In this document: positions 23,801-38,080 of the stretch, in pieces
How the letters are laid out: the number at the start of each line of letters is the position of its first letter
How positions within the stretch are numbered: position 1 is the first letter of the stretch
Program-made: the position numbers and the translations under genes
The notes under the pieces: generated by a model
Database searches by the model: none
The model's input: only the letters and a program-made list of their open reading frames with translations
What the model was told of the DNA's origin: nothing
Assembly (NCBI GenBank): GCA_965655095.1
Contig: OZ296651.1
Span: forward strand, 112,220,001-112,284,000
Length of the DNA stretch: 64,000 bases
Source of the DNA: Haplodiscus bocki
Taxonomy: Eukaryota
Direction: 5' to 3'

Positions 23801-26800
23801 ACTAAAATTTTTGCGTCTGAGAGATGGACAGCGCCAACTTTGAGCTGTTTTCAGCTTGTTCAAGATAGGGATGTTTTGTTTTCCGTGCATCATAACTTGA
23901 AAATTCCAACCTTCAAGATAGGTAGAAGAATATAGAATGCAGGTTTCTAGCGTTGTATCTTTTCCTTAAACTTTTGGCATTAACTTTTTTCTGTATTGTG
24001 TACTCTGAGTGGTTTGAACTTTTTTAAACTTAGAAAATAGCAATTTTACTTCACTTCAGAAGCATAAACTCTCAAGGGTCGCCCGAAAATTGTAAGGGCC
24101 AAAAGTTTTGTGATAGATTCAAACCTACAAAATTTCTTTGTGAAAGTTGAAGTTTTTCTGTATTTACCGCTGAATTTTCGCTAGCCATTTCATTTTGTCA
24201 AGTCAATACTGTGTAAATGCTACAGAGAACGTGAAAGATATGAGCTTTGAACAGACAGTGTAGTTTCAACTGAATAAAAATGAAATGAAAAAAGATTGAA
24301 ACTGCTCTGAAATGTTTCGCAAATTATTAGGAAATCTTTCCCTTTAGATTTAACGCCATGTCTCAAAACAGACGTGAGCCTTGAATTGCTTTAGAAAAAC
24401 AAAACAGGGTCATTGTCAGACGTCTCCAAACATTCAAGTAATCATTGGAATCTTGAAATATTCTGATTATTTGATGTCTTTGTTCTTTCACGGATGAATG
24501 ATCAGCAGTTATCCCAAAACATCGTAATTCAACTCCTTTGATATTGTAGTGTTATTTACATTTTTACATCCCCCCCACCGAAGCACACCCACACACAAAG
24601 AGAGCCAAATTTTGTTTCACATTGAATCTCAATTGATTAAAAAAGAATTTTCGAAGATCATTCCACAAAATTAAGAAATGTAGAATATTATTGCCGTTAC
24701 TAATCCAGAAGATTACATTGAAAAGTTTTTTAAAATAACAATCGGTGGAAAAACCCCGTCTACTTTATTATAATGTTATATTAGCATATCTCAATTACAA
24801 AAAAAAACGGAACAAGTAAAATGATACAATAAGTTCAATCAACAGCTCAGCACAAAGTACCGACAGCGAAATTTTTGACCAGGCGAATCAATGCTATAAA
24901 CAGAAAATTGATGAAAACGAAGCATGGGAAATAAGAAGATGCAGCAACACAGAAAATGGAAAAGTTGACCTTCGTATTGTACATGAGGCAGAAAAAAACA
25001 AGCTTGCAGCTCACTGAATAGGATCCAATGGCAGGTTAAAAACAATATTCTCTAAAAAATTTCACATTTCACGAGAGCTCTCTCTTTCCTTTGTGAAAGC
25101 CTGTATTACCAAAGTTTGTAGTGGATCTGCGAAAATGCCGTCAACAAGTACTCCGAAAAACGAAAATAAATGAACTACCTCTGATAGTTTCCTGCTTGAG
25201 AACTTCAAAATTTGTTTGTTTGGGATTTGAAGAGGAAGCGGGTATTTTTACTTCACAGAAACGGGCTCTTTAGTCTTGCTGCAATCATACAATTATGATA
25301 ACGTCACTGATCAATTCCCAAAAAGTCGTCAGATTTTTTCGAAAAAGTTTTTTTCTGGAAAAATTTATCATAACGTTTTTAGAGTAAAGTACTAACGAGT
25401 TTCGAAGCGTACTTTAGTATTTATTTCGAATTCAGATAAAAATGTTCCCTTTTTGAGTTTGCATTGCTAGCATTCGCAGAAAATACATGTCGCACGAACA
25501 AGGGGTGTGTTTTCAAGTATGTTTGCTGTTGTTCGCTGTAGCTAATGCTGCTCAGCGGCGTGTGCGGCCATACGTCTGCGTTATCGTGTGACAAAGTCTC
25601 AGAAGTTTACACTGTTATTAGCTTTGTAAAATTCTCTTGCTAAACCGTGCGAACAAAGTTGCGTAAGTTCTAGTAGGAAAGATTTAATTAGCAGGGAAAG
25701 AGTATAAAATCAGATATGATTTATTTGGTGAATATACAGAAATGGCAATCCATCTAAAAAAATGCAAATGTGCAAAAGATAAGACTAAATTTTGGAAGGG
25801 TGAGATTATTAGGGGCATGATTTGAGCAAACCATATTATTGAAACCAAGCAGCAATTTTAAGAAAGTTTCAAAGCACCAATTAATATTGAAATTCATTTC
25901 CAAACTTTATAAAATCGCCAACCGAAATTCTCCGCAATCTCCTCTTTTGCAAGAACAAGTTCCACAGCAAATGGGAATCGGAATTGAAATTCCGTTAAAT
26001 AAAGACTTGCCAAAACCAGGAATGACACCTTCGCCAAAAGCTCTTGAGGAAAAAATGTTATTTTTTGGGGGTTACACTATCGAACAGTTGCATGCGTTAA
26101 TCACTGGTTATGGTAAAATGACAAATCTACTGAAGCGGTTTTGGTTTGACCAATTCGTTCCTTGGTCGCCTACAGTTGTTCAGGCTCACATCAAAGGGCT
26201 CGCAGAGTCTGGAAGCCTTTAGAGATTGAATAAGCCTGTGGGCATCGCAGTAGGTGGCGTGGCAGTAACGTCAGTCACATTTATACTCAGCTTGTGTGCG
26301 TTTACTGCTTTTCGGTAAAATGTATATTGCGCAAAATTAAACAACTTAGCAGTGTAAATCAAAAGGAATGAAATGATCTAAATTTTATACTGATGACATA
26401 ACTGAGAATGCAGTCATCGATGATGTCAATTTACAACTCTGCCTAACAAAAATGGGAAGATTTATCGAAATTAAACACTACGTTGAAAAAATCTTTTATT
26501 GGCTTTTTATCTCAGACGAACGATTCCTTTCGTTGTTTTTAGCTCAATTTTTAACCTGTGTTCTGTTTTGTTTTCTAGTTTCACTTGGTATTGAATTCCT
26601 TTTAGCTAATACTTCGGTAACATACCATAGAAGCTGTAAACCTAGTCATTTTTTGACTTCCTTTTTGTTCCGAACCGCGATTTGGAATAGTGGAATTGTC
26701 GAACGGGATATTGAGTTCTTTCGCCATTTCTTGAGGGAAATTATTAAAAAGAAATGTCTAGTGGGATTAGCTCTACTAGATAATAGCAAAATCAAAACTT

Positions 26801-27299
26801 AAGAATACCGAAACAGACTGGGAAGAACCGGTGGTTCTGACAAAAGGGTGAAGCTGCATCTCATCGTTCGGCAGGGATGATGAATTGAAACTAGACAGGT
26901 TTTGGTAATGTCGTAGAATATTTTCGAAACAATGATGTTAAATTCCGGCTGAGACAAGTATTGCAAGTGTGTTAAAATATTTTCGAGGTGACGCAAGTTT
27001 AAGATAGGAGAATTTATGTCCCTTGATAGAAGAAGAGAGAAAAAAGTATTCAAAATTTTAAGTGAAGGCTGAGTGGAAGAATTTAGCGTCGGGTAAATAG
27101 GGAGGGCAGCGGGAGCGAACAACTGAAATTTAGGGCTCAACACTGGGGATTTATACCCAGTTTGGTCACGTGACCACGTGGCGTCACCGAGCATGTTGGT
27201 ATGTAACCAAAAGTAAAATCCCACCGAGCTGGACGAATTAGAATTTTGGTTGTTGTGATTTTTAATGAAGAAATTGTGCAATTCTAACTGAATAACTCG

Positions 27300-30200
27300 A
27301 GCTGACCATAAATTTTATCACTTCCTTCGTAGTCTCGTAAATTTCGGAAGTCAAATTTGAATAGCCAATAAACAAACTACACTAATGACCCTGGGTATTT
27401 ATCTGAAACTTATTAAACCTTGAGCTTTTCATTTATCGTCGAAACTTCCGAGGTTATATTCAATTGTACGTTTAATTTAATTTAATAACTGCACCTTTCC
27501 CAAGGTTTTAGCGTTAGTCGTAACTCGATAAGCCTACTGGAAAATGTTCTAGATTTTTATTTTATTGTATGTTGAATCACGAGCTAGCTTGATTCAGATT
27601 CTAATGCTTCTGGACTCCATTCTTGGATACCACCTGAAAACAACTTCGCAGCACTCGTTATTTTCTCTGAAGATATTTATTCTCAGCATTCAACAAAGTT
27701 TAGGTGTATTTCGAAATCAAAGAAATACATTTCAGGCAAGAGATTTCCAGCATTGAACTAAATGGATGATGTCGGTATTCCAGAATTCTAAATAGTTCTA
27801 TCAATTATTTTACAGTCGACGGGGCTTCAAAAATAGCAAATCCATAAAATTCCCGTGTTCTTTTTTGAAGAGTGTTCCAAATTTCAAACTTCCTTTTAAG
27901 TCTTCAGTTTCAGTGGTGGTTGTTATTTTGCGTTGAAGCTCCATTGTGAAAAATCAGGCTTGTATTCAGATGGCGCGGTCTGTCTTTTAGTTCAAGTGTG
28001 CATCGAAATATTTGTAAACTTGAGTTGGTAAATTTTACTGAGCTTTCGTTGCTGAAATTTGAGGTGACAACAAAGTGGACATTTTGACTGGTTTGAGGCG
28101 GGAGGCTCATCCGGTTAGGCTTTCCAGCCTTTTTTGGAGATAAGCTTTTGACTGAGTTGGTTCTTCAAAAAATTTGCTCGCGAATTTTCTAACAGTATAT
28201 TTATATTTCGACCAACTAAATGGTTGCATCTCAAAGAAGTTCCATATACAACAAAACCTAATAAAACTCGGGCTACGTAGAAATGATACCATGACATAAA
28301 AAGTGAGCGTTGAGGTAAAAAAAATTACGGTGTGTGCGAGATAATCTGAAATTTATGTTTAAAAACTTAAAGTTTGACTGTAAAATGTTTTTGAATACTG
28401 GGAACTCTTGAATGAACCAAAAAAATATTATGCATTGGTGATCAAAAAGATGCAGAATTGAAATCAAAGTCATCGTTCAGGGAAACGCTCAGATTTACAG
28501 TCGTCGCGGAAAAGAGACAATATGTCAAGCATATTAACATATAGAGTGCCAGGGAAATCGTTATCAGAAGTACCAAAAAAATTGGAATAAAAATCGTCAT
28601 GGGATCGAAAGTGTTATGAGAAGGCAGTTAAGTTATCTCGTTGGGTGTCTATGAGGCTATGAAGAAGTAGTCTTGCCTTGTGGTTCCACATTGACCGCAG
28701 AGTCTTTGCTTTCCGATTTCCCCTATTAAGAGATACCGTCAACTTTTTCATCGCAGATGAAATCATTTTCAGGGTCCAAAGAAACGTATGAAGAGATGAT
28801 GCCAGAAGAACACTTTTTTGCTTTTTGTATTCCGACGTATTAAAGATATCCGAAACATTTTCATCCCAAACGAAATCCTCTTCAGAATCCAAAGAATCTG
28901 TGAGACAGTCCCAGTAAAATACTGTTGAAAGGGGAATTGTTGATTTAATTGTATTTAATGCAGAGTCGTTGTGTCGAATTTTTGCAGGGTGCAGCGAAAT
29001 TTTTTTAAAATATTTTTGAAAGTCTTCAGGAGCACTGGAAGTGCCAAATTTAGACAGTTTAAATTCAATTGAAAGTACAGAAAGCTTGGGCTCTTCCTTG
29101 GTAAAAACCACAGTGGTTTTGTTTCCTTTAAAATTTGAAAAACACTGTCAACAAATTTAACAACATTATAGTTCATGTCAAACAATTTATTTATAGGAAT
29201 GTGGATTTTTAGAATTTTTTGTCACGCCAGGCCCCCTTTTAGCACGACTCGAATTATGTCAAAATGGAGTTATCGGTGACTTCTGGTGATGGATGAAGGG
29301 TTGTGGAATAGTGCAATGATGCAAACATCGGTTGCTTGTGGATTTGAGAACGTTACCTATTTACGAAATATAGCTAGGAATACTTTGAACGGCTTAGAAC
29401 CTTTGTAAGAAATTGTGATACAGTCGATTTAATGTAGTTGAAAAAAAGATGTTGCTGATAATCTACTATCAAAATTATGACAAAGTTTTTCCAATTTTCG
29501 CTAACAAATTTCGAGTCATTTCTGAATTAAACTATGAGAACCCCAAATGAATATTTCCAGTAGCAAAAAAAAATAACTTTTGCTGAAGTCCTTGAAATAC
29601 TCGGCCAGATTAAGGTGGCAGAATGGAGCGGTCTTACTGCAAAATTTTCTGCAGGCTGAGTTTTTGAAAAGTGACGATTGAAGATTTCAAGTAAGCTTTT
29701 GTTTTACATCGAATGTGTTTAATCTTCGTAGATCATTCAGAATAGAGGAAAACATTGTATACGCAGACGCATAACCTTCAACGACAATTTTCAAAATTTG
29801 AGGATCAAATAATTTCGTATTAAATTTTCGACAGGGCGCCAAAGCATTTCAATTTGAGGCTAGATATCACGAATAGGGATTTTTCGGATCACAGATCATG
29901 TTCCGGAAGAATAGACGAATCAGCAAAACGAAATTTCATTGACAATAGGGTATATGAAATGTTGTCGCCAGATGGAAGTGACCAGTGGGGTAATCTTGTG
30001 TTGCAGGAACATCACTACTTATCTGTGGTCATTCAGTAACTTTGTGGTATGGACGCCATACTTTTGTTGGAACATGAACATTTTGGAGGTGCAAAAATCT
30101 AATGAGACAACACATTGATGATGAATGAGATTTCGTCCTTCATTGAAATTTCGTCATGTTTTGTAGTGAAAAGATACTCCTTTTTCTACGAGTAATAGTC

Positions 30201-33200
30201 ATGGCTTCTGAACAAGCCAATTTGTATTCCATTTTTATATGATAATAGAGATGAATAGAATATGGCGAAGTAAAAATGCGATTTGGAAAAAAAAATCGAA
30301 GTTGAGAGTACTTCCAAAAAAAAGTCTTAACACATTTGACAAACACATTTGCCGATTGCAAAATGGAGTTCGAATCATCGTTTTGAAGATGAAGTACCTA
30401 GGGAAGGAGCATATTAAAGTACACAGAAAAAATTGGTTGATTTGAAAGCTAATAATTTAACTTGCTGAATTGACAGGAGGCATGTGAAATAGATTAATCC
30501 ACACTTTGATTTGCGGTGACGCAAAAATGAAAACTAGTTGAAATCATGTTCAAAGAAAGTATTAAGAGGTTTTAATGGAAATATTTGCGTTGGCAACGGT
30601 TTAATATAAAGATCATCGTGGTAGAGATTAAGTTTTACAGGCGAACTTAAAACAAGCGGCGTTTTTTTGTTGAGATGGTCAGAATCCTTCAAATTACTGT
30701 TTTTGTTATCAACTGCGATGGATCAAGGTCAAGACTTATTGGTTTTTGCCATTTTGCGTGACTGTCTTAATTAAGTAGTTCGTTTAACTATCGATTCTTA
30801 TTTCAATTAATTTGGCATTCCAATATTTCATTAAGAAAAGACATTTGTATTTCGAACAGAATTAGAGGAAGAAACCTGTGTATGGATTGGTACCTATCGA
30901 CGGACGATAACAACGGAGTTTAAATACTGAATGTCAGCAAAGGGAGGAGAAGTGAATTTTATACAAAAAGACGAAAACCAACTAAATGAAGAAGCTTTGA
31001 TAAATTTTCTTCAGAACTTGTATGACATAATTTTCTTAAGCTCTTTATGGAGTTAGTTTTTACAGCGAAAGTTCGTTTTTCCAGCAAGATACAGTGTATT
31101 ACCTTTACGCGGATGATTCGAGAAGTTTCTTAGAAATTCTGCTTGTTCGTGTTCATCAACAAAAGAATTCCCAGGCGAAGGTTGTCAAGCACTTTGTTGT
31201 TCTCTGCAAAGTCGAGGGCAGAGGTGCAAACCAAAATGGGAACAAAGTAGCGTTTCTCAGTAACAATAGCTGAGATTGGAATTTTGAAGCATTTCAGTAA
31301 GTGAAAAGTCGATTAGATTAAAAAAAAACTATGTGTGAATGATTTGTAACTTTCAGTGATACGATTAGTCTCTGCATATCGAGCAGGTACGTGTCTAAGG
31401 GTGCCAAATCCAGTAATTGTTCTGGTGATGTGTGTAACAGGATATGAATATATCATCAGTTCATGATTAAGAGTTTGTGGTATATCATGAGGTCTCAAAG
31501 TTTTTTCCAATGACATTGTCCATGATAAGAAATGAAAAACGCAGGAAAAAGTCTCGGTAACAGTTTGAAAAGAATTTTCAAGATGATTTCATAGAATAGT
31601 TACACTGTGGCTTTAATTTGATTAGCGTTTGACTGTTTTGGAGCAAGTGCACGAGATGGTGGAATTTTTGTTGAGGGTTGGAACACAGTTGTTTCAAATG
31701 CATGTGTGTCAATCAACAATGGATTCCAGGTTTTTTGAACTCGATTCAATGAAAGCCTCATAGGCATGAAGTGAAGGTCTTCACTCAATTCCACTTTTTT
31801 TGTCTGAGCAGATATCGTATTTAGTAATATTTCAAGGAGACCTGCAAACTTTCAATTTTCCTGATTTTGCCGTTTCAACCTGATAAACGTGAACGTTAGT
31901 CACAGTTTTTGATTTAGTGGAGTCCAGATGAAAAATGAATATGTCGAAATAAATATCCTACACTTTCTGAATTTGACATGGATATCCAACTTGGGCTAAA
32001 CATGCTATACAAACCATGCCTGAGTAACAGAGGGCCTCCATTTAAAAGGTCATCATGAAGACTCCCACGTGGACTCCAATATGGGTTGTACTTTTGTGTA
32101 GAATCATAGTGATTATGGCTTTTTCGGGAAGTTTCAGTGTAAAATCGGAAATTTTTGTGAACAAACAACAATTCTAAAGGCTAATGTTCTGAAGAAAAGT
32201 TTCAGCACCTCGAGCAGTGATCGTAATAGGACCATTTGCAATGAATTTGTGTAGATTCAAATATTTTTGGAGTTGCTTTTAATATGGGCTCATCAGGAGT
32301 ACGAACATAATGTTCATTACTTTCAGAAGCTATAGGAACAAATTCTTGTGAGTGACTGTCATGAGAAAAGGGAGTTGCGTAATCAAAAGTTTTCCAAGTA
32401 ATCAGATCGATGTACATTGCAGTGATGCGGTAAAATATTGGAAAAAAATCAAAGCATGTATCAATTTCATACGGAAAAGACAGAAAAAAATGAAAATCTC
32501 AGAAAGAAAAGGTGTAGAACTTTCTTTGTACGTAAAAAATTCACTGCAAGTTCCAGTAAGAACAAATCCAGTTGGTTATGGGCTCAGCAGAAATCGCAAA
32601 AATTGGTGGAAGTCACGTTTTCTTTGAGTGACCAGATATATTCAGAGTTTTTGAGTTCTTGGATGGGTTTTGTTTCTATTATATTACTTGTTGGATAGCC
32701 AATTTTTGTGTTACTGTGACATCCTGGTGAACAGCACAATCATTGCTACAATTTTTCGGTGAGGTAAACAGGTTTCCGTTAAGATATTTTCAATCAAAGG
32801 TCAGGACTTTGAATTTTGCGTTTTTTCATCCTTTTTCTCAAGTATTACCAACGCATTTTCATTTCTAGCTGGCGCATTAAAAATTTCATGAGGTGTGACA
32901 AAATGATGCGTGCATTGATTAGAATATACCCTCAAAAACGCTTTTTTTTCTTTTGACTGTCATCCGTTGGTATCAGAATTATAAAAAAATTAACATATAC
33001 CATGAGGAAACCAGATAGTAATCTAAAAATGTCCGTCAAAAAAACCACTAGCATTTAAGCAAGCAAGTGTGTTTTTTCGTCAACGAATTTATCCTGTCCG
33101 TCATCATAATCATTGAAAAATACTTCGATAAATTATGTTAAGCCTTTATAAATCATCATCAAGTTATCATCTGTCAAAAAAATTTCATCATATTTGCAGC

Positions 33201-34400
33201 AAGATTACGCAGTGATGGAATTGATTATCCATCCTATATTGTTTGGTTGGTCAGTGAGAATACCAAATTCAACAAAACCAAGTTTAAATGCTGTGGCGGA
33301 AGTCTGTTTTTTTTCCTCACTTGAGTTGTGATAACGGATCAGAAGATTAAAAAAAATCCCCTGTAAAGACACTGATTCACTTCAGGACGATTAGTTTCCT
33401 TCCGATTTTTAAAAATTTTAAATCAACTTCCATGAGGTCGAACTTTTTTGGTTTCAGACAGATCATCATTTCGGCAAATTTTATCGTAGGCACAATGACC
33501 AAAACATACTTTAGCTTATGAACAGCTGCAGCACAGCGATGAGCACGTATTCTTTTAGCTTATACATGAACAAAAACTGGGGCTTCTGTTATAGTATGTT
33601 TGATATCAGAAGGAGCTTGATTACAAGTCCCCACTCCTGTCCAACTGAAATACCTCAGATTTTGTTCTTTTATCAATGAAGTAGGTTGGAAAAGTTTAGT
33701 TGTTCTCGGTAACTGAGGTTTCAAAAAAAAACAAAAACTGATCGTTTAGTTTAAAGGAATCATTCAAACCATAGTTGAAGAACGAATAATGAAATTAGGA
33801 GTATAAAAATTGTTGCAAAATATGATTTGGAAAATTCTATAAACTATTCTGTATTACAAGCCAAAAGTTCAGCTGTAAAACATTGTGCGTCAACATTGAC
33901 GATCAAATGGCTGCTCGTCTCCTACAATGAATTAACTAAAATCAATAGAAGTATTTCGTTTTGTGTGATACGCAGTCTCAGTTGTGGCAGGACTATGATG
34001 AGAATAAAGTCCATTGATTCTAACAGTTTATTCAAAATGGTTTCATGATTTTCAAGGGTTTAGGATTTTTTTTGACGTGCAAGAAGACACTATAGCAGAT
34101 ACTTTAGAAATCCATAAAGAAGTAGTATTCGATTTTGACGATCGTTTCCTGGATGATAGACTTTTTTGTAGTCAAGTTTCAAATGATATCCATCATTTTC
34201 AGGGGTCGAAGATCTACAGTTTTTCTCAAAAGTATGAAAAAGAGGTTCAGTTAAGATGGTTTTCACTGTAGGTAGATAATAAGAAAGGAGGAAAAAGATA
34301 GGGCAGAAAAAAAGTGAGAGACTAGCGACAGGAACTTGTGGAAAACTTTAACAGACATGAACTTTTTTATATAAGATTTTGACTGGATGTATAATGATTT
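27300..34400 (-). mobile_element. Decayed Ty3/Gypsy-like LTR retrotransposon body
   Basis: Minus-strand remnants in gag-RT-RNaseH-INT order: 'VPIH' near 30885, 'HPSPEVTD' RNaseH-like near 29290, 'HNGASTQN' integrase-like near 27940. Very fragmented. Confidence 0.5.
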
Positions 34401-34654
34401 ACCGGCTATCATAAAATACTACGCAAACCCAAAATCACAAATACCCAATCGGACTTGATTATTAAACAAAAGACAGCCGGTTACCACCGGCGTTTTTCCG
34501 CCCTCCAACTTTGTTAGAGATGCTTTTCAAAAGAATGAAAACGAATAATACGAAAAATACGAATAATTATTTTTAATTCACAACTTTTCTAATTTTTTCA
34601 AAATTTGAATTTTTTCTATTTTTTTTGCAAACAATCTTCACAACTTTGGTGTAA

Positions 34655-36430
34655 AAGACATTAGGAAATAATATTATATGACAAGCATTCTAAAGAAATT
34701 TGGCCATTTTTAACAATTTTGCAAAGAAATTCGTTTTTTTTTTAAAAAAAGCACCTATTTTTTCCAAAAGAACCCAATTTTTCTACGTTTCAAGAAATCT
34801 TAATATTTCAATTGTATTCTACGGCATATCTGCTACAATTTGGTTATTAAAAATTTTCAAGTTCAGAATCTGGGAATTTTCCGTACAATTGGCAAGTAAA
34901 CGTTACGAAACGCACGGCTTTAAGTTAAAGTGGATGATTTTTCTTTCATAATAGGGGTGGCAAATAATAATTCAAAACTTAAGTGTAAACAGAAGCAATG
35001 CATGCAAATATAATCAAATTAACGAGGACAATCAGAAATGTTCTCGAATTGCAGCGATTTTAACCTATTTCTCAATTAAGTTCGCGAAAAACTTGAAAAA
35101 TGGGTTTTTGTGGTTTGAGTTATGAAGTTTCAGCCTACTTGTCACAGCATAAATCGCTGCAAGTAAAAAATTCGGTGACAGCTAATTTCTGATTTTAAGG
35201 AGAAAAAAACTCAGCCAAGTATCGGAAGCTATCTCAACAAATACAAGCGATTTTTTTCCTCATTTCTACAATTGTCCAACAAAAAATGCTGCAGGGAGGA
35301 AATTTTGAAAAAAATTCCGTGAATTTCGCGATTTTCATCAAAATTAGCGCATTTCTGCGAGAATTTAGCCTTTTTCAGCGCAATTTTCTCCGCAAGTTTC
35401 GCTGTGGAAACTCCCCAAATTTTTGTAGGGCTTGGTGAAAATCAAATTTGAAAATGGAATCAATTCTGGGCAGTCTCTCCGAAAAGCGCAAAAGTTTCTG
35501 AGATAGCTCGAAATTGATGAATTTGTGTTGGACATATGCATGAATGCCTTTGTGGGACAATGGGCTACACTAAAAGATTAAAAAACGTTAAACAAAGAAG
35601 CGCCTTTAGAGCGTCTGTAGAATTCTTACAGACGGCTGCTTATGAAAAATAAATTAGCAACAAGGAGCCCAAACTCAGGCTGGAACTGATAAATTATTCA
35701 ATTGTGGAAAATTCACTTTACAATAGATTCAATTAGTTTTCGATAAGCAGGTGGTTACGATTGTAAGATCAACTTTTTCATTCATTAATTTATTGCAACA
35801 TTGTAGTTTAGATTTCCACCATACGTGAAGCATGGACGTGAGTTGAAGCGAGGAATTATAATATCAATTCTTTTCACTCCATTTTGCAGAAAAAATATTG
35901 TTTTATCATTTTTACCCCTCGTAAAATGAACAAAATGTCTCTTCGTAAAAAATACAAGACGGCCGGTTCCCACCGGAATATTTTTCGCTTTCCCATTTTT
36001 GTACAGAAGGCTTTGAAAAAGGTGAAAACGTTTTTTTTTTGAGAAAGCACTCCTTCTTCATCATATTTTTTAATTTTTCCATTTTCAAAAATTGTCTGAT
36101 TTTTGCCAAAAAACATCATAATTAAGGCGGAAAAGACATTTCTAAGAAATGTTGCCATTTGATACGTATTCACGTATTCTACAGCAAATTTGCCACCTGT
36201 AGCGATTTTGAAAAAATTTAAGTTTTTTCCGAAGAAAAAACATCTATTTTTTCAAAAAAAAAACCCAAATTTTAAATGTTTTGAGAAATGTTACTTTTTC
36301 AACGCATTCTACGGCAAATGTTCTACAAATCTGATGAAAACGTGAACAAACGAGAACGCAATTGGCAAAGTCGGGTAAAAAACGTTCGCTTTGAGTGGAA
36401 GATTTTCCTCCCATATTATGAATAATATGG
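34655..36430 (+). repeat. Two diverged direct copies of a dispersed repeat (about 34655-34960 and about 36130-36430)
   Basis: Shared blocks CATTCTAAGAAAT, AAAAAAGCACCTATTTTT..AACCCAA, ATTCTACGGCA..T.TGCTACAA, CAATTGGCAA and AGTGGA.GATTTT.CT..CATA. Confidence 0.7.
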
Positions 36431-37789
36431 CGGAAAATAAAAAATCGATCCAATATTCCACCACTTTTGGACACAACATGATTTTCCAAAAACCTGTCGC
36501 ATGTAGTACTATTGAAATTCCTCAATTATTCTAAATTACTCCTATGATTCTTCACAGTAGTAGACTTGTCCCTTAATCAGATGTCTCCCTTAATTCCTGC
36601 ATTTCTGATATTGATGTTGTACTTTTTTGGCCGGACGTTTGAGCGATGAAACGGTGATATGATGTATTCGTTAATGAAAGAAATTAGAGAAGTCTTTTGA
36701 GATTAAAGATTGGGTAAATAATGATGTCATTAATAACAATACCTTCAGTAAAATAATCTTAATGTTGCTAGGTATCGATCAATAAATGCATTTAATGTAA
36801 AAAAATCAATTTTGTTTCAGTCACTTCGTTTTTTCCTGGCTGCTGATTTTTCCTAGATTGTATTGGCGCTTCGAAAAGACCGATTTCAATGAAAAAACAA
36901 TAGCCCTTTGAAGTAACAAACCACTCACCTCCTCAAAATTGTGTAGAGTTCCCAAAGTAGAAAAGATTAGGTTGAACTGTAAAAAACTCCACAAATTGGT
37001 GGGATCCGCCAGAAAGAGATAAACTCCTCTCTAAGAAATAACAAAATATTATTTGTTAACTTGCATTTCTAATAACAATGGAGAATCGCATTCATTCCCT
37101 TGAAGCATTTATTTTGATGGCATTTGATGGAAACCAATGAAATTTGTTCCATTTTTGTTTCAGAGGAATGGTGTTCTTAGTTTTCTCTCTTTGTGTTTCA
37201 GACGGTGGGCCCTGTTTAAAAATATGAGCAATCGCGCTCCACAAATACAGACAAAAATATAATTCACTCTCTTGATTCACAATAGTTTCCAGCATTGATG
37301 ATCAGAAATATTCAAAGGTTCAAGGCGTGTCTTCCTATGATGAATATTTGCTTTTAAATATTATCGAGGTACCAGTCTAAACCCAGATATTCTATGGATA
37401 TATAATTCTCAAATGACAAAAAACCCAGTAAACATAAAAATGAGGAAATTGTTTAAACATAAGCCAGCCTGTAATAGCCTAGGCAAAGGTTGTTCCTTCC
37501 CATATGACGGAAGGGAGCTTTTGATAACTGAAAACTTTTTGATCTTTGAAAGAAAAATTTTGTCCCAAGTTTTTTACAGTGCTAATTATTTTCACAGAGA
37601 GATTAGTGGAACTGCATTATTTGAGTATTATTATACGCTGCCAGAAGAGTATTTGCCTTTCGGTGTTTTTGGACTTTGCAAAGTGTGTATCACAAAACTT
37701 TTGATATGCTTTCCATCAGTAAACTTTGAGAACATCCAGGCATTTAAAAACACTTGGTACTCTTGTTTTTGGTTTTCCCGAAATGCGAT

Positions 37790-38080
37790 AATGTGAGGGT
37801 ATCACGGGAAACGTTGGTATTAGCCTTTTCAAAAAATGGTGTTCTGGTAGCGATAGTATCTAAAAAATTTTTGTATGGGTAAAAAGGGTATCGATTTTTT
37901 CAATAGTTTTTCGTTTCTCAGTGTCTTAAAACATCTCACAGGACACCATTTAATGTCTAAAAAATATCTGGTTCCCAAAAATTTTTTAGTAAAGACGAAG
38001 AGCCTATCACTATTTTAGTACAGAATTTTCTCTCGGATTACCAAAAAAATTCGTAGGGAACGTTTGGGTGGTTCACAAAA
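37790..38080 (-). repeat. Diverged tandem units related to 23470-23800
   Basis: TTTCTCAGTGTC..AAA and AAAAAATTCGTAGGGAAC resemble the reverse complement of the 23.5 kb units. Confidence 0.5.

Noticed and set aside
26500-27300. LTR/leader with TATA, TCAGTT and the palindrome TGGTCACGTGACCA; ORF 26799-27281
   Set aside because: Suggestive of a retroelement promoter, but it does not match the 34.3-34.5 kb end and its boundaries cannot be defined.
37200-37370. Short AG/GT-bounded candidate exons
   Set aside because: Too short and no recognisable protein motif.
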